Shown here one piece after another: positions 1 through 10,315 of a DNA stretch of 64,000 nucleotides. Position 1 is the stretch's first letter, and each line of letters starts with the position of its first letter. The notes under the pieces are model-generated. The model saw only the letters and a program-made list of their open reading frames with translations, did no database searches and was not told the DNA's origin. Made by a program: the position numbers and the translations under genes. The stretch spans positions 320,001-384,000 of the forward strand of contig CAVYGN010000002.1 in assembly GCA_963768055.1 (NCBI GenBank), given 5' to 3'. This DNA comes from an uncultured Spirochaetota bacterium (GTDB lineage Bacteria > Spirochaetota > Brevinematia > Brevinematales > JAOACQ01).

Positions 1-57
1 GCCCAGAATATCAAGAATGTCGGTGATGCTGTTAATTATATTAAAAGTCATCAGTAA
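1..57 (+). CDS. acpP: acyl carrier protein, C-terminal end (gene starts before window)
   Basis: Frame 1 reads AQNIKNVGDAVNYIKSHQ*, a typical ACP C-terminal helix (I.TVGDAV.YI). Confidence 0.8.
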   Translation, partial: AQNIKNVGDAVNYIKSHQ

Positions 58-64
58 ATTTATT

Positions 65-95
65 AAAAAAACGGGGACTCGCTCCCCGTTTTTTT
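65..95 (+). terminator. intrinsic terminator (potentially bidirectional)
   Basis: A7-CGGGGA-ctcgc-TCCCCG-T7 immediately after the acpP stop. Confidence 0.85.
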
Positions 96-111
96 ATTCC
101 CGGAGGGAACG

Positions 112-1299
112 TTGAAAAAGGGCGTAATCGTGCTGTTAGCCTTTATTTTCATACCGAAATTCCTGTCGGGGACCGTTTTTCATTACGATAACTCGATAGG
201 CCGCAAGATCAGGATCAAAAATATCGTCACCCAGGAAATTTTCATAAACGGGGTAATGCAGGAAAAAGTTGAATCGATGAATAAGGCCGTACTCGAAACC
301 ATGCAGGAATCGAATGATTACACGCTTTACAAGGGAAAATTCGAATATTACGAAAAAAATCTTTCGGCCGGCGATCCTTATAAATTGATCAATGTTTATG
401 ACAGCAGCTTTTTCCAGGACATCCGCGGCAATATGAAAATTTCCCCCGATATTTTAAAACCCGACGTTCGGAACGTCCCGACATTCCCGACAAACGATTT
501 AAAGCCGGGCGATTCCTGGAAGGCCCCGGGAGAGGAGGTCCAGGAGGGCGTATTCGATTCCAACGCAATAATAATTTCAGATTTCGACGCGGATTACGCC
601 TACCTTGGAGACGAAAGCATCGGGGCTACGAACTATTCAAAAATCTCTATAGACTATCAAATAGTCGATTATCCGAAAAACGATCCGAATATATTCAGCA
701 TTACCGGCTATTCGCACATCATTTATTACTGGGACACCTCCCATAATAGCCCCGGCTTCTATAACGATAAATTTTCCCTGCTTTATACAAGCCATGCGGG
801 GGAGACGGTTCTGATAAAGAGCGCATCGCAGGGCCGGGGAGAGCTCGTCAGCGATACGACGTCCGACAGGAAAAAACAGATTGTTTCAGAAATGAACGTA
901 AGCATTCCGACAAACAGCGGAATGTCGGTCAGGGAAGTCGCCGACGGCATAATACTCAGCCTCGGCAATATACTCTTCGATTTCAATAAATTCACATTGA
1001 AAAAAGGGTTCGATAGTAAACTTGAAAAGGTCGCAGAAGTACTGAAAAAATATCCTTCGATAGACCTGACCGTGTCGGGTTTTACCGACAATATCGGCAG
1101 TGAAGAATATAACACCGTCTTATCCGAAAACCGGGCTAAAACGGTCGCGGATTTCCTGATCGGCCATGGCATAAGCCCGTCAAGGCTTTCCTATTCAGGA
1201 TACGGCAGCTCCAACCCGGTTTCCGCAAACGACAGCGAAGAAGGCCGTGCTCTGAACAGGCGCGTAGAGATCAAATTGATCACTAAAGAGGAGCCCTGA
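112..1299 (+). CDS. OmpA-family peptidoglycan-binding protein with signal peptide
   Basis: C-terminal ILFDFNK...GFTDNIG...LSENRA...NRRVEI OmpA_C motifs, hydrophobic N-terminus. Confidence 0.9.
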   Translation: MKKGVIVLLAFIFIPKFLSGTVFHYDNSIGRKIRIKNIVTQEIFINGVMQEKVESMNKAVLETMQESNDYTLYKGKFEYYEKNLSAGDPYKLINVYDSSFFQDIRGNMKISPDILKPDVRNVPTFPTNDLKPGDSWKAPGEEVQEGVFDSNAIIISDFDADYAYLGDESIGATNYSKISIDYQIVDYPKNDPNIFSITGYSHIIYYWDTSHNSPGFYNDKFSLLYTSHAGETVLIKSASQGRGELVSDTTSDRKKQIVSEMNVSIPTNSGMSVREVADGIILSLGNILFDFNKFTLKKGFDSKLEKVAEVLKKYPSIDLTVSGFTDNIGSEEYNTVLSENRAKTVADFLIGHGISPSRLSYSGYGSSNPVSANDSEEGRALNRRVEIKLITKEEP

Positions 1300-1309
1300 T
1301 TAAGCCGCC

Positions 1310-2479
1310 GTGAAAAAATTTATTTTCAGCCCCGCTTTTATCCTTCTCTTCATGGAAAATTTTTTCTTTTTTACCGCCCGCAGTTCCCTCTGTATGCTGC
1401 CCCCTTATCTGACCGCCCTGGGGGCCTCGAAGGGATACATCGGGTTCTTTATGAACATCAATGCGCTTATGCTTGTCCTTTTTGTAATTTTCTTTAACCG
1501 GATATTTTCACATTTTAAAAAGAAACAGCTTTTGCTTACCGGTTTCCTGCTTCAACTCATTTCAACGCTTTTTATGTTCGTTTTTCCCCAAAACCTCTAC
1601 GTTCTCCTTATCCTGCAATTAACAGGTTCATTATCTTACGCTTTCGGCTTTACAATAAACTCATCCATCGCTTTCGAGATCATACCTCCTCAAAAAAGAA
1701 CAGGCGGAATCGCCATTTTCGGTTTATCCGGGGTCATGGCGTCGCCTGCAGGCTCTTTTCTCGGAGAGAAGGTTTCCAGCCTCCTCCAGCCGAAATACCT
1801 TTTTCTCCTGTCGGCATTATTTTGCATATCGGCTATAGTCTGTGTTTTTTTTATACCCGGGGAGAAATCCGACGAGGAACGCCGGGCTGTTTCTTTCTGG
1901 CGGATAATAGTAAAAAGGGACTTGAGCTTGTTATTTGTCTACGGCCTCGTACTGGGCGGCGCATGGAGCGTACTGGCGACATTCATCCCGGATTTCACAA
2001 GGGTCAGGCTCGGAATTGCAAATCTTTCCTCGTATTTTCTAGCCAATACGATCATCGCTATCCTCTCGAGGACGGTATTCGCTAAAACTATCGACAACAC
2101 GCCGAGGAAAAGGCTGATCGCCGCCGCCCTTATTCTGATCTTTCTGTCCATGGGCATGACAGGCTTCCTCGCATTCCACTGGCAGTTATACGCCATCGGC
2201 ATTCTTTACGGACTGGGGCATTCTATCCTCTATCCCGTCCTGAACGCCTCCTTCGTCGACAGCGGGAAGGGGACCGATAAATTCTCACTGTCAAACGCAT
2301 TCATAGCGACGTATACCTTAGGCAACGTAGCGCTCAGCACCCTCCTCGGGGTCCAGGGCGACTGGCTGGGCAGGCTTTTCGGTGAAAACGGGGGCCTCAC
2401 CTCGATCTTTGTTTCAATGGGCCTGCTGGCGGCTCTCTGCGTCCCGGCCGTATTCGTCCTTAAAGAAAGATCATCGTAA
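1310..2479 (+). CDS. MFS transporter
   Basis: 389 aa with about 12 hydrophobic segments in a two-fold MFS layout. Confidence 0.85.
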   Translation: MKKFIFSPAFILLFMENFFFFTARSSLCMLPPYLTALGASKGYIGFFMNINALMLVLFVIFFNRIFSHFKKKQLLLTGFLLQLISTLFMFVFPQNLYVLLILQLTGSLSYAFGFTINSSIAFEIIPPQKRTGGIAIFGLSGVMASPAGSFLGEKVSSLLQPKYLFLLSALFCISAIVCVFFIPGEKSDEERRAVSFWRIIVKRDLSLLFVYGLVLGGAWSVLATFIPDFTRVRLGIANLSSYFLANTIIAILSRTVFAKTIDNTPRKRLIAAALILIFLSMGMTGFLAFHWQLYAIGILYGLGHSILYPVLNASFVDSGKGTDKFSLSNAFIATYTLGNVALSTLLGVQGDWLGRLFGENGGLTSIFVSMGLLAALCVPAVFVLKERSS

Positions 2480-2596
2480 TTTCGGAAATCCTCCCCAGTT
2501 ATCCTCGAAATGACAACTAAAACAACTAAAAAGATTTGAAATATAAACCATGAACTGCTATAATATCTGTCATTATTGCTATTGGAGAAAGTACCA

Positions 2597-3670
2597 ATGA
2601 AAAAACTCAGAGCGGGGATCATAGGCGCTACCGGAATGGTTGGACAGCGTTTTGCGACTATCCTCGAAAATCATCCGTGGTTCGATACCGCGCTTCTGGC
2701 GGCAAGCCCGGTGTCGGCCGGCAAACCCTACGCGGAAGCTGTCAGGGGCCGGTGGTCTATGAAAAACCCTATACCGGAAAAGTTATCTCAAATGATTGTC
2801 TATAACGCGTCCGATTGTGAAAAGATCGCCATGGAAGTGGATTTCGTGTTCTGCGCTGTCGATATGCCAAAGGCCGAGGTTTTGAAACTCGAAGAAAGAT
2901 ACGCCAGGCTTGAAATCCCGGTGATCTCCAATAATTCCGCTTCACGGGGCTTTTCGGACGTCCCGATGGTCATACCTGAAATAAATCATGGGCATCTTGC
3001 CGTAATAGAAACCCAGAGGAAACGCCTCAATACGAAAAAGGGCTTCATAGCTGTAAAACCCAACTGCTCAATACAGAGCTACGTCCCGGCAATTCACCCC
3101 CTTCTGGATTACAGGCCTGTAAAAGTGCTTGCCTGCACTTACCAGGCCATTTCCGGGGGCGGTAAAACCTTCAAAAGCTGCCCCGAGATGGTCGATAACG
3201 TAATCCCATTCATAAGCGGCGAGGAGCAGAAAAGCGAAAAAGAACCGCTGAAAATCTGGGGCGAGGTAAGGGACGGAAACGTAGTTAACGCTGCCGGACC
3301 CTTGATCACCTCGCAATGCATCCGCGTCCCTGTTACCGACGGCCACATGGCCGCTGTTTTCGTAGCCTTTGAAAAAAAGCCGCCGCGCGATGAAATACTT
3401 TCAAGATGGAAATCCTTCACCGGCAAACCGCAAAATTTGGGACTTCCGAGCGCCCCGGTCCCTTTCCTGACCTATTTTGAGGAAGAAAACAGGCCTCAGA
3501 CCGCACTCGACAGGGAAATAAACAGGGGCATGGGCATATCCATCGGCAGGCTGAGGGAAGATCCGATCTTCGACTATAAATTTGTCTGCCTATCCCATAA
3601 TACCATTCGCGGAGCAGCAGGAGGAGGGGTCCTCATAGCGGAACTCCTCATGGAGGAAGGGTATCTTTGA
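2597..3670 (+). CDS. asd: aspartate-semialdehyde dehydrogenase
   Basis: GIIGATGMVGQ Rossmann motif, catalytic PNCS, QAISGGG, CIRVPVTDGH, HNTIRGAAGG; start set at ATG 2597 after GGAG. Confidence 0.95.
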   Translation: MKKLRAGIIGATGMVGQRFATILENHPWFDTALLAASPVSAGKPYAEAVRGRWSMKNPIPEKLSQMIVYNASDCEKIAMEVDFVFCAVDMPKAEVLKLEERYARLEIPVISNNSASRGFSDVPMVIPEINHGHLAVIETQRKRLNTKKGFIAVKPNCSIQSYVPAIHPLLDYRPVKVLACTYQAISGGGKTFKSCPEMVDNVIPFISGEEQKSEKEPLKIWGEVRDGNVVNAAGPLITSQCIRVPVTDGHMAAVFVAFEKKPPRDEILSRWKSFTGKPQNLGLPSAPVPFLTYFEEENRPQTALDREINRGMGISIGRLREDPIFDYKFVCLSHNTIRGAAGGGVLIAELLMEEGYL

Positions 3671-4827
3671 AAATCGACGATGTACCCTCTTCAAAGATAA
3701 CTATTTTTGCACACTTCAGCGTTACAGGCGCTACCGAAGAACTCAGGGACTGGCTCCTGTCCCGAAAAATTAAAGAACTCGTTTATATCGCTTTTCCATT
3801 CGGGGGCTACTCGCAAGGCGCATCCTCCAGCCGGATCAAGGTCTTTGTTTACAGGTACGGAAAGCTTGCAAGGACAAAGGAATCTTTTGTCAGGTTCAAA
3901 AAACCCGAGATCGTTTCATACGTCAAAGATTTTATATACGCGCTTTATTACGGCTTCTTATTCTGCAAAAAAAACGATATTCTTTTCGGCGGGGATAATC
4001 TTCTGGCGATGGCCGGAAATATATTGAAACTGGCGGGGATCGTGAAAAAAACCGTTTATTACATGATCGATTACACGCCCGTGAGGTATAAAAACCCTTT
4101 CATAAACGGCCTGTACTATGCCTTCGACAGGAGGGCGTCGTACGGATCCGACGCAGTCTGGCCCCTCTGCGATAAGACCATCGGGGGAAGGTTCGACGAC
4201 GGCAGGCTGAGTAATTGCAGGGTGAGATGGTATCCTGTCCCGTACGGCAATCATTTCAATGATTTTTTCCCAAAGTTCAAACATAATAAAATGAAAATAG
4301 CCTATATGGGGAGGATCGATAAATTAAAGGGCGCCGAACTCCTTATCCCCCTCGCGGAATATCTGCTGAAGAAAAAAGCCGGTTTTAAAATCACGGCCAT
4401 CGGAGACGGCCCTTACTCGGAGACTTTCAGGGAAGATATAAAAAACAAGGGTCTTTCAGGTTCTATAGATTTCATAGGCTACATCGAAAGGTTCGAAGAT
4501 GTCATGCAGATACTTCTTACCTGCGGAATAGCGATCGCCCCTTACTACCCCTTCGACAGGAACAACTATACCTTTTACGCCGACCCCGGAAAGATCAAGT
4601 CGTACCTGGGGGCGGGCCTGCCTGTCGTCCTTACTTCCGTACCGCCGGTCGCGGCCCTGATAAAAGAAAAAGGGGCGGGCCTCATAGCAGAATACGATCC
4701 GCAGAGCTTCGGGGATAGGATCATAGAAATAATGGATAATTACGGCGGTTTCGAAAAGCGCGCGGCGAAGCTCGGGGAAGAGTTCGACTGGGAAAGGGTG
4801 CTGACCGAGGCTTTTGAAAAACTCTAA
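3667..4827 (+). CDS. glycosyltransferase family 4 (GT-B)
   Basis: YMGRIDKLKG, IGDGP, PGKIKSYLGAGLPVV, FDWE motifs. Confidence 0.85.
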   Translation: MKIDDVPSSKITIFAHFSVTGATEELRDWLLSRKIKELVYIAFPFGGYSQGASSSRIKVFVYRYGKLARTKESFVRFKKPEIVSYVKDFIYALYYGFLFCKKNDILFGGDNLLAMAGNILKLAGIVKKTVYYMIDYTPVRYKNPFINGLYYAFDRRASYGSDAVWPLCDKTIGGRFDDGRLSNCRVRWYPVPYGNHFNDFFPKFKHNKMKIAYMGRIDKLKGAELLIPLAEYLLKKKAGFKITAIGDGPYSETFREDIKNKGLSGSIDFIGYIERFEDVMQILLTCGIAIAPYYPFDRNNYTFYADPGKIKSYLGAGLPVVLTSVPPVAALIKEKGAGLIAEYDPQSFGDRIIEIMDNYGGFEKRAAKLGEEFDWERVLTEAFEKL

Positions 4828-5022
4828 CCATAGGGGGTAAAAGCATTTATCTTGCTAAAATACTGAAAACACGGTCTACGGCTTTCCCTCAGGGGAATTT
4901 GTACAGGGATTCATTTTTCTCAAGTTACTGACAAACAATGAAATTTTGATAAATATTTTGGACCGGCTTAAAATGAAGATAGCGGGCTTCGATGGCGAAT
5001 CGGTTAAAAAAGGAGAAAATCC

Positions 5023-5334
5023 ATGTTTTGTTCTAATTGCGGGAAGGAAATTTCAAGTGAAGCTAATTATTGCCAATTCTGCGGCCATAAGATCAAACAA
5101 TATCAAATTCAAATTATGGATGCAAGCCCGCGAAGTCAGATAGCGGCGACAATCTTATGCTTTTGCCTGGGAGGAATCGGAGTTCACCGGTTTTATGTGG
5201 GGAAAGTCGGCACAGGAATTTTAATGATATGTACAATCGGCGGCCTGGGCATCTGGTGGCTTATAGATTTTATCATGATCGTTACAAGTTCCTTTACCGA
5301 CAAGGAAGGAAGACTGGTTGCGGGGTGGGAGTAA
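5023..5334 (+). CDS. zinc-ribbon + TM2-domain membrane protein
   Basis: CSNCG...CQFCG plus LGGIGVHRFYVGKVGTGIL...WWLIDFIMI TM2 signature; AGGAG RBS. Confidence 0.9.
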   Translation: MFCSNCGKEISSEANYCQFCGHKIKQYQIQIMDASPRSQIAATILCFCLGGIGVHRFYVGKVGTGILMICTIGGLGIWWLIDFIMIVTSSFTDKEGRLVAGWE

Positions 5335-5416
5335 GGGGATCGGCCGCCTGAAATTTCTCCGATTGCGTATATATATATATATACAGAAAAATATTAAACA
5401 TACTCTTGAGGATTCG

Positions 5417-5950
5417 TCATTTTTTGTCTTTTACGAGGTTCATTATAAAATTCCTGAAATTATTTATATCATTTTCATCCGGATACGCATTCATATCGGC
5501 CCTGTAATTCTTCCAATCATCCTTTTCTTTTTTGAAAACCATCATTTTTATGAAAATCGAAATCAGTCTGGGAGGCTTGCCTCTGCAATGAAAGTAATTA
5601 TACCGTTCGATTGAATTATCTTTACAATACTGCCGGAAATATGTTTCACAGCCCTTTGCCCATGAATCATAATACGGCCCGCTATCATATGTTGAATGCG
5701 TGACAAAACAAGCGATATTTTTATTTTTGTGTAAAGAATTGAAAAGTTTTAGAACCGGTCTTGCCATTGAATTAGAATCACAGTAAGACCCTATGATTAA
5801 AAGGTCGAATAATTGTTCGTTTTTATAATTATATTTTTTGATCGGAATGAGCGATACATTATTGGATAAATCAGTAAATAATTCGGCTGCATATTCCGCA
5901 AGTTTTTCAGTATTCCCGGTTTTTGAGCAATAGATAATTCCAATATTCAT
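5417..5950 (-). CDS. flavodoxin family protein
   Basis: IIYCSKTGNTEKLAE FMN phosphate loop, DLLIIGS. Confidence 0.85.
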   Translation of the reverse strand: MNIGIIYCSKTGNTEKLAEYAAELFTDLSNNVSLIPIKKYNYKNEQLFDLLIIGSYCDSNSMARPVLKLFNSLHKNKNIACFVTHSTYDSGPYYDSWAKGCETYFRQYCKDNSIERYNYFHCRGKPPRLISIFIKMMVFKKEKDDWKNYRADMNAYPDENDINNFRNFIMNLVKDKK

Positions 5951-5962
5951 AAAAACTCCTGC

Positions 5963-6358
5963 TTAAAGCTTTTCTTGCACTAAATCCATCAGTTTTCTAA
6001 TATCCTCCGAATAAGCCAGTCCGTCGATCCGGTCTAGTTTTTCAAGCAAAAAAAACGCTTTATTGTAATTCAATTCCGTTTCATTTCTATTACCAAGCGA
6101 CTCCTGCTTTTGCGCTTCATGGATCAAAAGGGCCGCCGCCAGATAAGCCTTTATTGCATAAGTATCCGGATTCATTCCTAAAATTCCTGCAAGAGCGGGC
6201 CCATCCAAACTTAATAAAGTATTATATGGCAGACCGATTTTTTCACTGGAAATACTTTCGATATCTCCGGATTCCCATTTCGTACCATTTATTAAAGCCG
6301 TAAGAAAATCACCCATGAATTCGATTATCCGTAATATAAAATCGTCCCGCAGTTCCAT
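5963..6358 (-). CDS. hypothetical helical protein
   Basis: 131-aa ORF co-oriented with neighbours, no recognised motif. Confidence 0.6.
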   Translation of the reverse strand: MELRDDFILRIIEFMGDFLTALINGTKWESGDIESISSEKIGLPYNTLLSLDGPALAGILGMNPDTYAIKAYLAAALLIHEAQKQESLGNRNETELNYNKAFFLLEKLDRIDGLAYSEDIRKLMDLVQEKL

Positions 6359-6421
6359 GAAATATTTTCCTTATATTTGATTTCGAATCGTAAATCAATT
6401 CTGTTATGAAAAATTATAATA

Positions 6422-6592
6422 TGGGCACTTCTAATAACTGCCCCCCTTACGGGGACAAGCCCTTTGGGGCAGCAAGGTAGTGCACCTGTCCTGGGGACTG
6501 GCACCAGTCCAGGCACCAGGGCCCATTGGGCGGAATTATTAAGATTCATTATTATGATTGTTTTTCAAAAATCTAGTTTTTGGAACCGCCCA
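6422..6592. mobile_element. MITE with imperfect ~18-bp TIRs and TA duplication
   Basis: Left TGGGCACTTCTAATAACT, right end reverse-complements to TGGGCGGTTCCAAAAACT; TA at 6420-6421 and 6593-6594; GC-rich hairpins inside. Confidence 0.7.
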
Positions 6593-7120
6593 TATGAAAG
6601 GAATAAACATTTTGGTTTTTCCCATATATTGTATATACTCATTCCCGAACCTGCCAATCATTTCCTTTTCCTCTACTTTGGCGGTAAATATTATTGATAT
6701 TATATTTATAATTAACAATACCAGTTGAATGAAACCGGTTTGTTTTAACAGCGCTCCAAATCCCAGTAGAATTAAAGAAAGATATAAGGGGTGCCTTATA
6801 TATTTAAATAAACTGATTGATATTATATTGGTTGTATTTTCAAGTTTCCCTTTCGGCTTACCAATCACTTTCAGAAGGTAAAACCCCAAGGATGCAATAA
6901 TAATTGATGATAATAAAAAGATCCATGATATTATTTGCATAACCTTAAAGGGATTAATAAACCAATATTTCGCATTTATTATAATTAAAATAAAAATACT
7001 TTCGAAAGAAAAAAATCTAAAAATACCATGATACCTTTTATCTTTTATTGAAGCCCACCATGAAAAGATGATAATCAATATTGTTCCCAAAATAATAAAT
7101 ATAATGGAAATATTATTCAT
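6539..7120 (-). CDS. isoprenylcysteine carboxyl methyltransferase / PEMT family membrane protein (C-terminus altered by MITE)
   Basis: FKYIRHPLYLS and EEKEMIGRFGNEYIQY motifs. Confidence 0.85.
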   Translation of the reverse strand: MNNISIIFIILGTILIIIFSWWASIKDKRYHGIFRFFSFESIFILIIINAKYWFINPFKVMQIISWIFLLSSIIIASLGFYLLKVIGKPKGKLENTTNIISISLFKYIRHPLYLSLILLGFGALLKQTGFIQLVLLIINIISIIFTAKVEEKEMIGRFGNEYIQYMGKTKMFIPFIWAVPKTRFLKNNHNNES

Positions 7121-7275
7121 GATAATTACCTCTATCATTATAGTATAAAATTAAATTGAAAAAAAGAAATTTTCATTTCAATATTCTTCAATTGATATCC
7201 CATCAGGTGAACACGGATTTTGGGGGATTTTTACAGGGAGTCGCGGAACGACCTGCTCGAGTAGAATTACAATAA

Positions 7276-8265
7276 TTATACCCCGAAAGCCTTCGCCAGG
7301 ACTTCCATAAAAGCCTTTTGGGGAAGGACCGCTTTTAATAACGGAAGGGCAACAGCCTGGGAGAAAGTTCCGGATTTATAATGGAGTTTAGGTTTTTTGC
7401 TGCGAATGATCTTCAAAATCTTTTTTGAAACGGTATAAGGAGGCGGGGCTACTATATGATTTGTTATAAATATTTTCCACATGTCCTTCGACCGGTCATA
7501 ATAGGAAGAATCTTTTAGCGTGGGCAGTTCATCAACCATCGTCCCGATATCGGTCGATGATAGTTTTCCCCCGCTCTTATGGCGGCCGATCATATTTGCG
7601 TCAACGCTTGTATTTATATCTCCAGGAAGCAATGAAGAAACGCTTATGTTGAACGGTTTTAATTCATTATAAAGAGATTCGGTAATGCGCTCAACACCCG
7701 ATTTGGCAGCGGAATAATGGGAAGAGAACGGCAATCCGACTATCGCAGCCAGCGAGGTCGTATTTATGATCAGGCCGGCCTTGCGGGATCTCATGTGAGG
7801 AAGGACCGCTTTTATGACCCGGAGCTGGCCGAAATAATCCACTTCAAATAGTTTCTTCGCTTCTTCAATGGAGACTTCTTCGACAGGCCCCCAATATACG
7901 TACCCGGCGTTATTGATCAGGACATCGATCGGACCGGCGGATTCAATCCTTTCGACCGCGTTCCTGACCGAATTTTCATCGGTTACATCCATTGTAACAT
8001 ACTGAATTTTTTTTAAATATACGGGAAGATCTTGAACCAGGGCTTTCTCTGCAATAATCCTGTCCTCGCTGACTTTCCTTTTTTCCGGACCGGTAAAACG
8101 ATATTTTGAATTATCCCGCAAGAAAATCTCACGAAGTTTGTCAATATCGGTATTTTTCGGATCTCTCGACGTGCCTATTACAGTATAGCCTTTTGAAGCC
8201 AGGTAAACCGCATGCGACAAACCCAATCCGGACGATGCCCCGGTAATAAAAATTTTTCCCGGCAT
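7276..8265 (-). CDS. short-chain dehydrogenase/reductase (SDR)
   Basis: ITGASSGLG, INNAG, catalytic YSAAK; GGAGG RBS before ATG 8265. Confidence 0.9.
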   Translation of the reverse strand: MPGKIFITGASSGLGLSHAVYLASKGYTVIGTSRDPKNTDIDKLREIFLRDNSKYRFTGPEKRKVSEDRIIAEKALVQDLPVYLKKIQYVTMDVTDENSVRNAVERIESAGPIDVLINNAGYVYWGPVEEVSIEEAKKLFEVDYFGQLRVIKAVLPHMRSRKAGLIINTTSLAAIVGLPFSSHYSAAKSGVERITESLYNELKPFNISVSSLLPGDINTSVDANMIGRHKSGGKLSSTDIGTMVDELPTLKDSSYYDRSKDMWKIFITNHIVAPPPYTVSKKILKIIRSKKPKLHYKSGTFSQAVALPLLKAVLPQKAFMEVLAKAFGV

Positions 8266-8627
8266 AAATTTTTCCTCCTCTGTGTATAATTTATTAAACT
8301 TTATAATCAATTAAAACAAAAAATGACCTATTATAATATTACTTTATTACTTTTTTATCAATAGTAGGGGGGAGGCGCTGAGGATCCTTGGACCTTCCCT
8401 GACGCACAAGATCTGGGCAGTGTCCGGCAGCTCCCCGGCCAGCTTAAGACAATTCTACTCTTTTGATCTTTCAGAAGGCTTTAATTATAATACAGAAAGG
8501 TTTAAATTTGCCGGAGTTTAATAAATGAGTAAAATAGGACCCAATGAACCATGTAGAATGCGGTAAAGTGGACGCGAGCCATTTGGAAAATATCGAATAA
8601 TATAATCACTTTATGGAGGGTAATTTG

Positions 8628-9419
8628 ATGAGATTTGTATTATCCTTAGTCTTGGCTGTTCTATGCCTCGGATCGATGCATTCCCAAAGTACGGCAAATA
8701 AAGGCCCTTTCTTCTTCGTCCAGATCACCGATACCCATCTCGGAGACCCGGCAGGCGATAACAGGATAAACAAGGTCATCGAGGCAATCAACAGCCTGCC
8801 CTTCCCTGTTGAATTCGTAGTCCACACCGGGGATATAGTTAACAATAAAATGTCGGATAAGGATTTTATTTCGAAAGTCCGGGGCATGTTTAATAAGATA
8901 AAGTACCCGGTTTATTTTGTAGCGGGAAACCATGACATCTTCCCCGGCGAAATCGAACAGGACCTCGACAACTATACGAATTTTTTCGGGCCCCTGGCCC
9001 ATGAAGAGGACCTGCATGGCGTGCGGTTCCTTTTTGTTTATACCGAGCCCTGGGCCGGTAAGATTTCAATCCCGGGATACGACCCGAAGGCCTGGCTGGA
9101 AAAGTCCCTTAAAGATAAGCCGGGGATGCCCGTCATCATCCTTCACCACAGGCCGAACGCAGGGGATTTTTTCAACAATGAGGTGCATGACAACTGGCCT
9201 GCGGCAGCTGAGAAGGAATGGGAGATGTTGATTTCTTCCGATACTAATATAAACGCCGTTCTATGCGGACATTTCCACAGGGACGAGCTTTACTGGATAA
9301 CCGGTGTACCGGAATATGTCTGCCCCCCTGTTGTCGCGTTTTTCGGACGGCAGACCTGCATCAGGATCTATGAATACCGTGACGGCCGCCTGTCCTACAG
9401 GACGGATTATATAGAATAA
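8628..9419 (+). CDS. secreted metallophosphoesterase (calcineurin-like, CpdA-like)
   Basis: DTH, GD, GNHD, HH, GHFH motifs; signal peptide. Confidence 0.9.
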   Translation: MRFVLSLVLAVLCLGSMHSQSTANKGPFFFVQITDTHLGDPAGDNRINKVIEAINSLPFPVEFVVHTGDIVNNKMSDKDFISKVRGMFNKIKYPVYFVAGNHDIFPGEIEQDLDNYTNFFGPLAHEEDLHGVRFLFVYTEPWAGKISIPGYDPKAWLEKSLKDKPGMPVIILHHRPNAGDFFNNEVHDNWPAAAEKEWEMLISSDTNINAVLCGHFHRDELYWITGVPEYVCPPVVAFFGRQTCIRIYEYRDGRLSYRTDYIE

Positions 9420-9428
9420 GAAGGGAAT

Positions 9429-9506
9429 ATGAAAGCTATTGTCTGCCACGGGTACGGAACGCCCGATATTCTCATGTATGAAGACATCGAAAAACCGACC
9501 CCCGGG
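9429..9506 (+). pseudogene. N-terminal stub of an MDR (quinone oxidoreductase / alcohol dehydrogenase-like) gene, truncated at the island boundary
   Basis: MKAIVCHGYGTPDILMYEDIEKPTPG is a typical MDR N-terminus; similarity stops abruptly. Confidence 0.65.
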
Positions 9507-9584
9507 TCACTTGGGGTGCCGCATTGCAGTGGTGGGGAATCCAGGCGGCCTGGACAAATATTGCCTATAATTGCTGATATTTAA

Positions 9585-9615
9585 CCAGTATGTCGATGAA
9601 ATATCGACATACTGG
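9585..9615. promoter_or_regulatory. perfect 13-bp inverted repeat, candidate AbiEi operator
   Basis: CCAGTATGTCGAT-gaaat-ATCGACATACTGG directly before the RBS and ATG at 9624. Confidence 0.6.
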
Positions 9616-9623
9616 AGAATTTT

Positions 9624-9797
9624 ATGGTTAATTTAGGGAATCTTGCTTCCGAACTTGATTATCTTGCTATAATGAATGCTCTTTCAGGTTACAAGCAGCC
9701 AAGAGATAAACTGACAAAACTTCTAATTAACGGTGATTTGATAAGAGTAAAAAAAGGGATTTTTAATTGCTTCACCTGGAAAGTCCTTGATCGATAA
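9624..9797 (+). pseudogene. type IV TA antitoxin AbiEi-like, N-terminal wHTH fragment
   Basis: LDYLAIMNALSGYKQPRDKLTKLLINGDLIRVKKGIF resembles AbiEi N-termini; stops after 57 aa. Confidence 0.65.
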
Positions 9798-9850
9798 GAT
9801 TTTTTCGACTGTGATGCTGAAAATATGGATGACGTGAAGGAATACATTAT

Positions 9851-10237
9851 TTGCTTGAACCAGTGCCTATAAGTGTGCGATTATACTCTCCTTCAAGTAT
9901 TTTCAGCGGAAAAATGCATGCTGTCCTTTTCAGAGGCTGGAAGAACAGGGTGAAGGGCAGGGACTGGTACGATATGGTATTTCTTATAGGGCAGGGTATT
10001 GCTGTCAGTCTTTCGCATCTAAAAGAAAGGCTTGTTCAAACAGTGCACTGGAAACCTGGTGATAATTTCAGTAAAAATGATCTGCTGCAAATGCTAGAAA
10101 AAAGAATTGAGCAGACGGATTTTGACTCTGCAAAAAACGACGTGCTCCCATTCATCAAAGATCCTGATTCTGTGAGAGTCTGGTCGAAAGAGTTTTTTAG
10201 AGGGCTTTTATTGAAACTCAAAACAGTAGATTTATAG
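9851..10237 (+). pseudogene. AbiEii/AbiGii nucleotidyltransferase toxin, C-terminal fragment
   Basis: FSGKMHAVLFRGWKNRVKGRDWYD motif; N-terminal NTase half absent (in-frame TGA at 9830-9832). Confidence 0.8.
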
Positions 10238-10315
10238 TCCCCTTATATTCTTCCCATAGATTCTTTAAATTAACCCCTGGCCTGGTTAATTCCTTTAATA
10301 TGGTTCTATTTTAAC

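Noticed and set aside
5368..5384. (TA)n microsatellite as a phase-variation switch
   Set aside because: It lies between two convergent stops, not in a promoter or coding region.
5417..7120. AT-rich co-oriented genes as integron cassettes
   Set aside because: The only structured spacer is explained by a MITE, and no attC sites were found.
8525..8562. MSKIGPNEPC, resembling a SEC-C motif start
   Set aside because: Stops after about 12 codons without the CPCGSG core; at most a tiny remnant.
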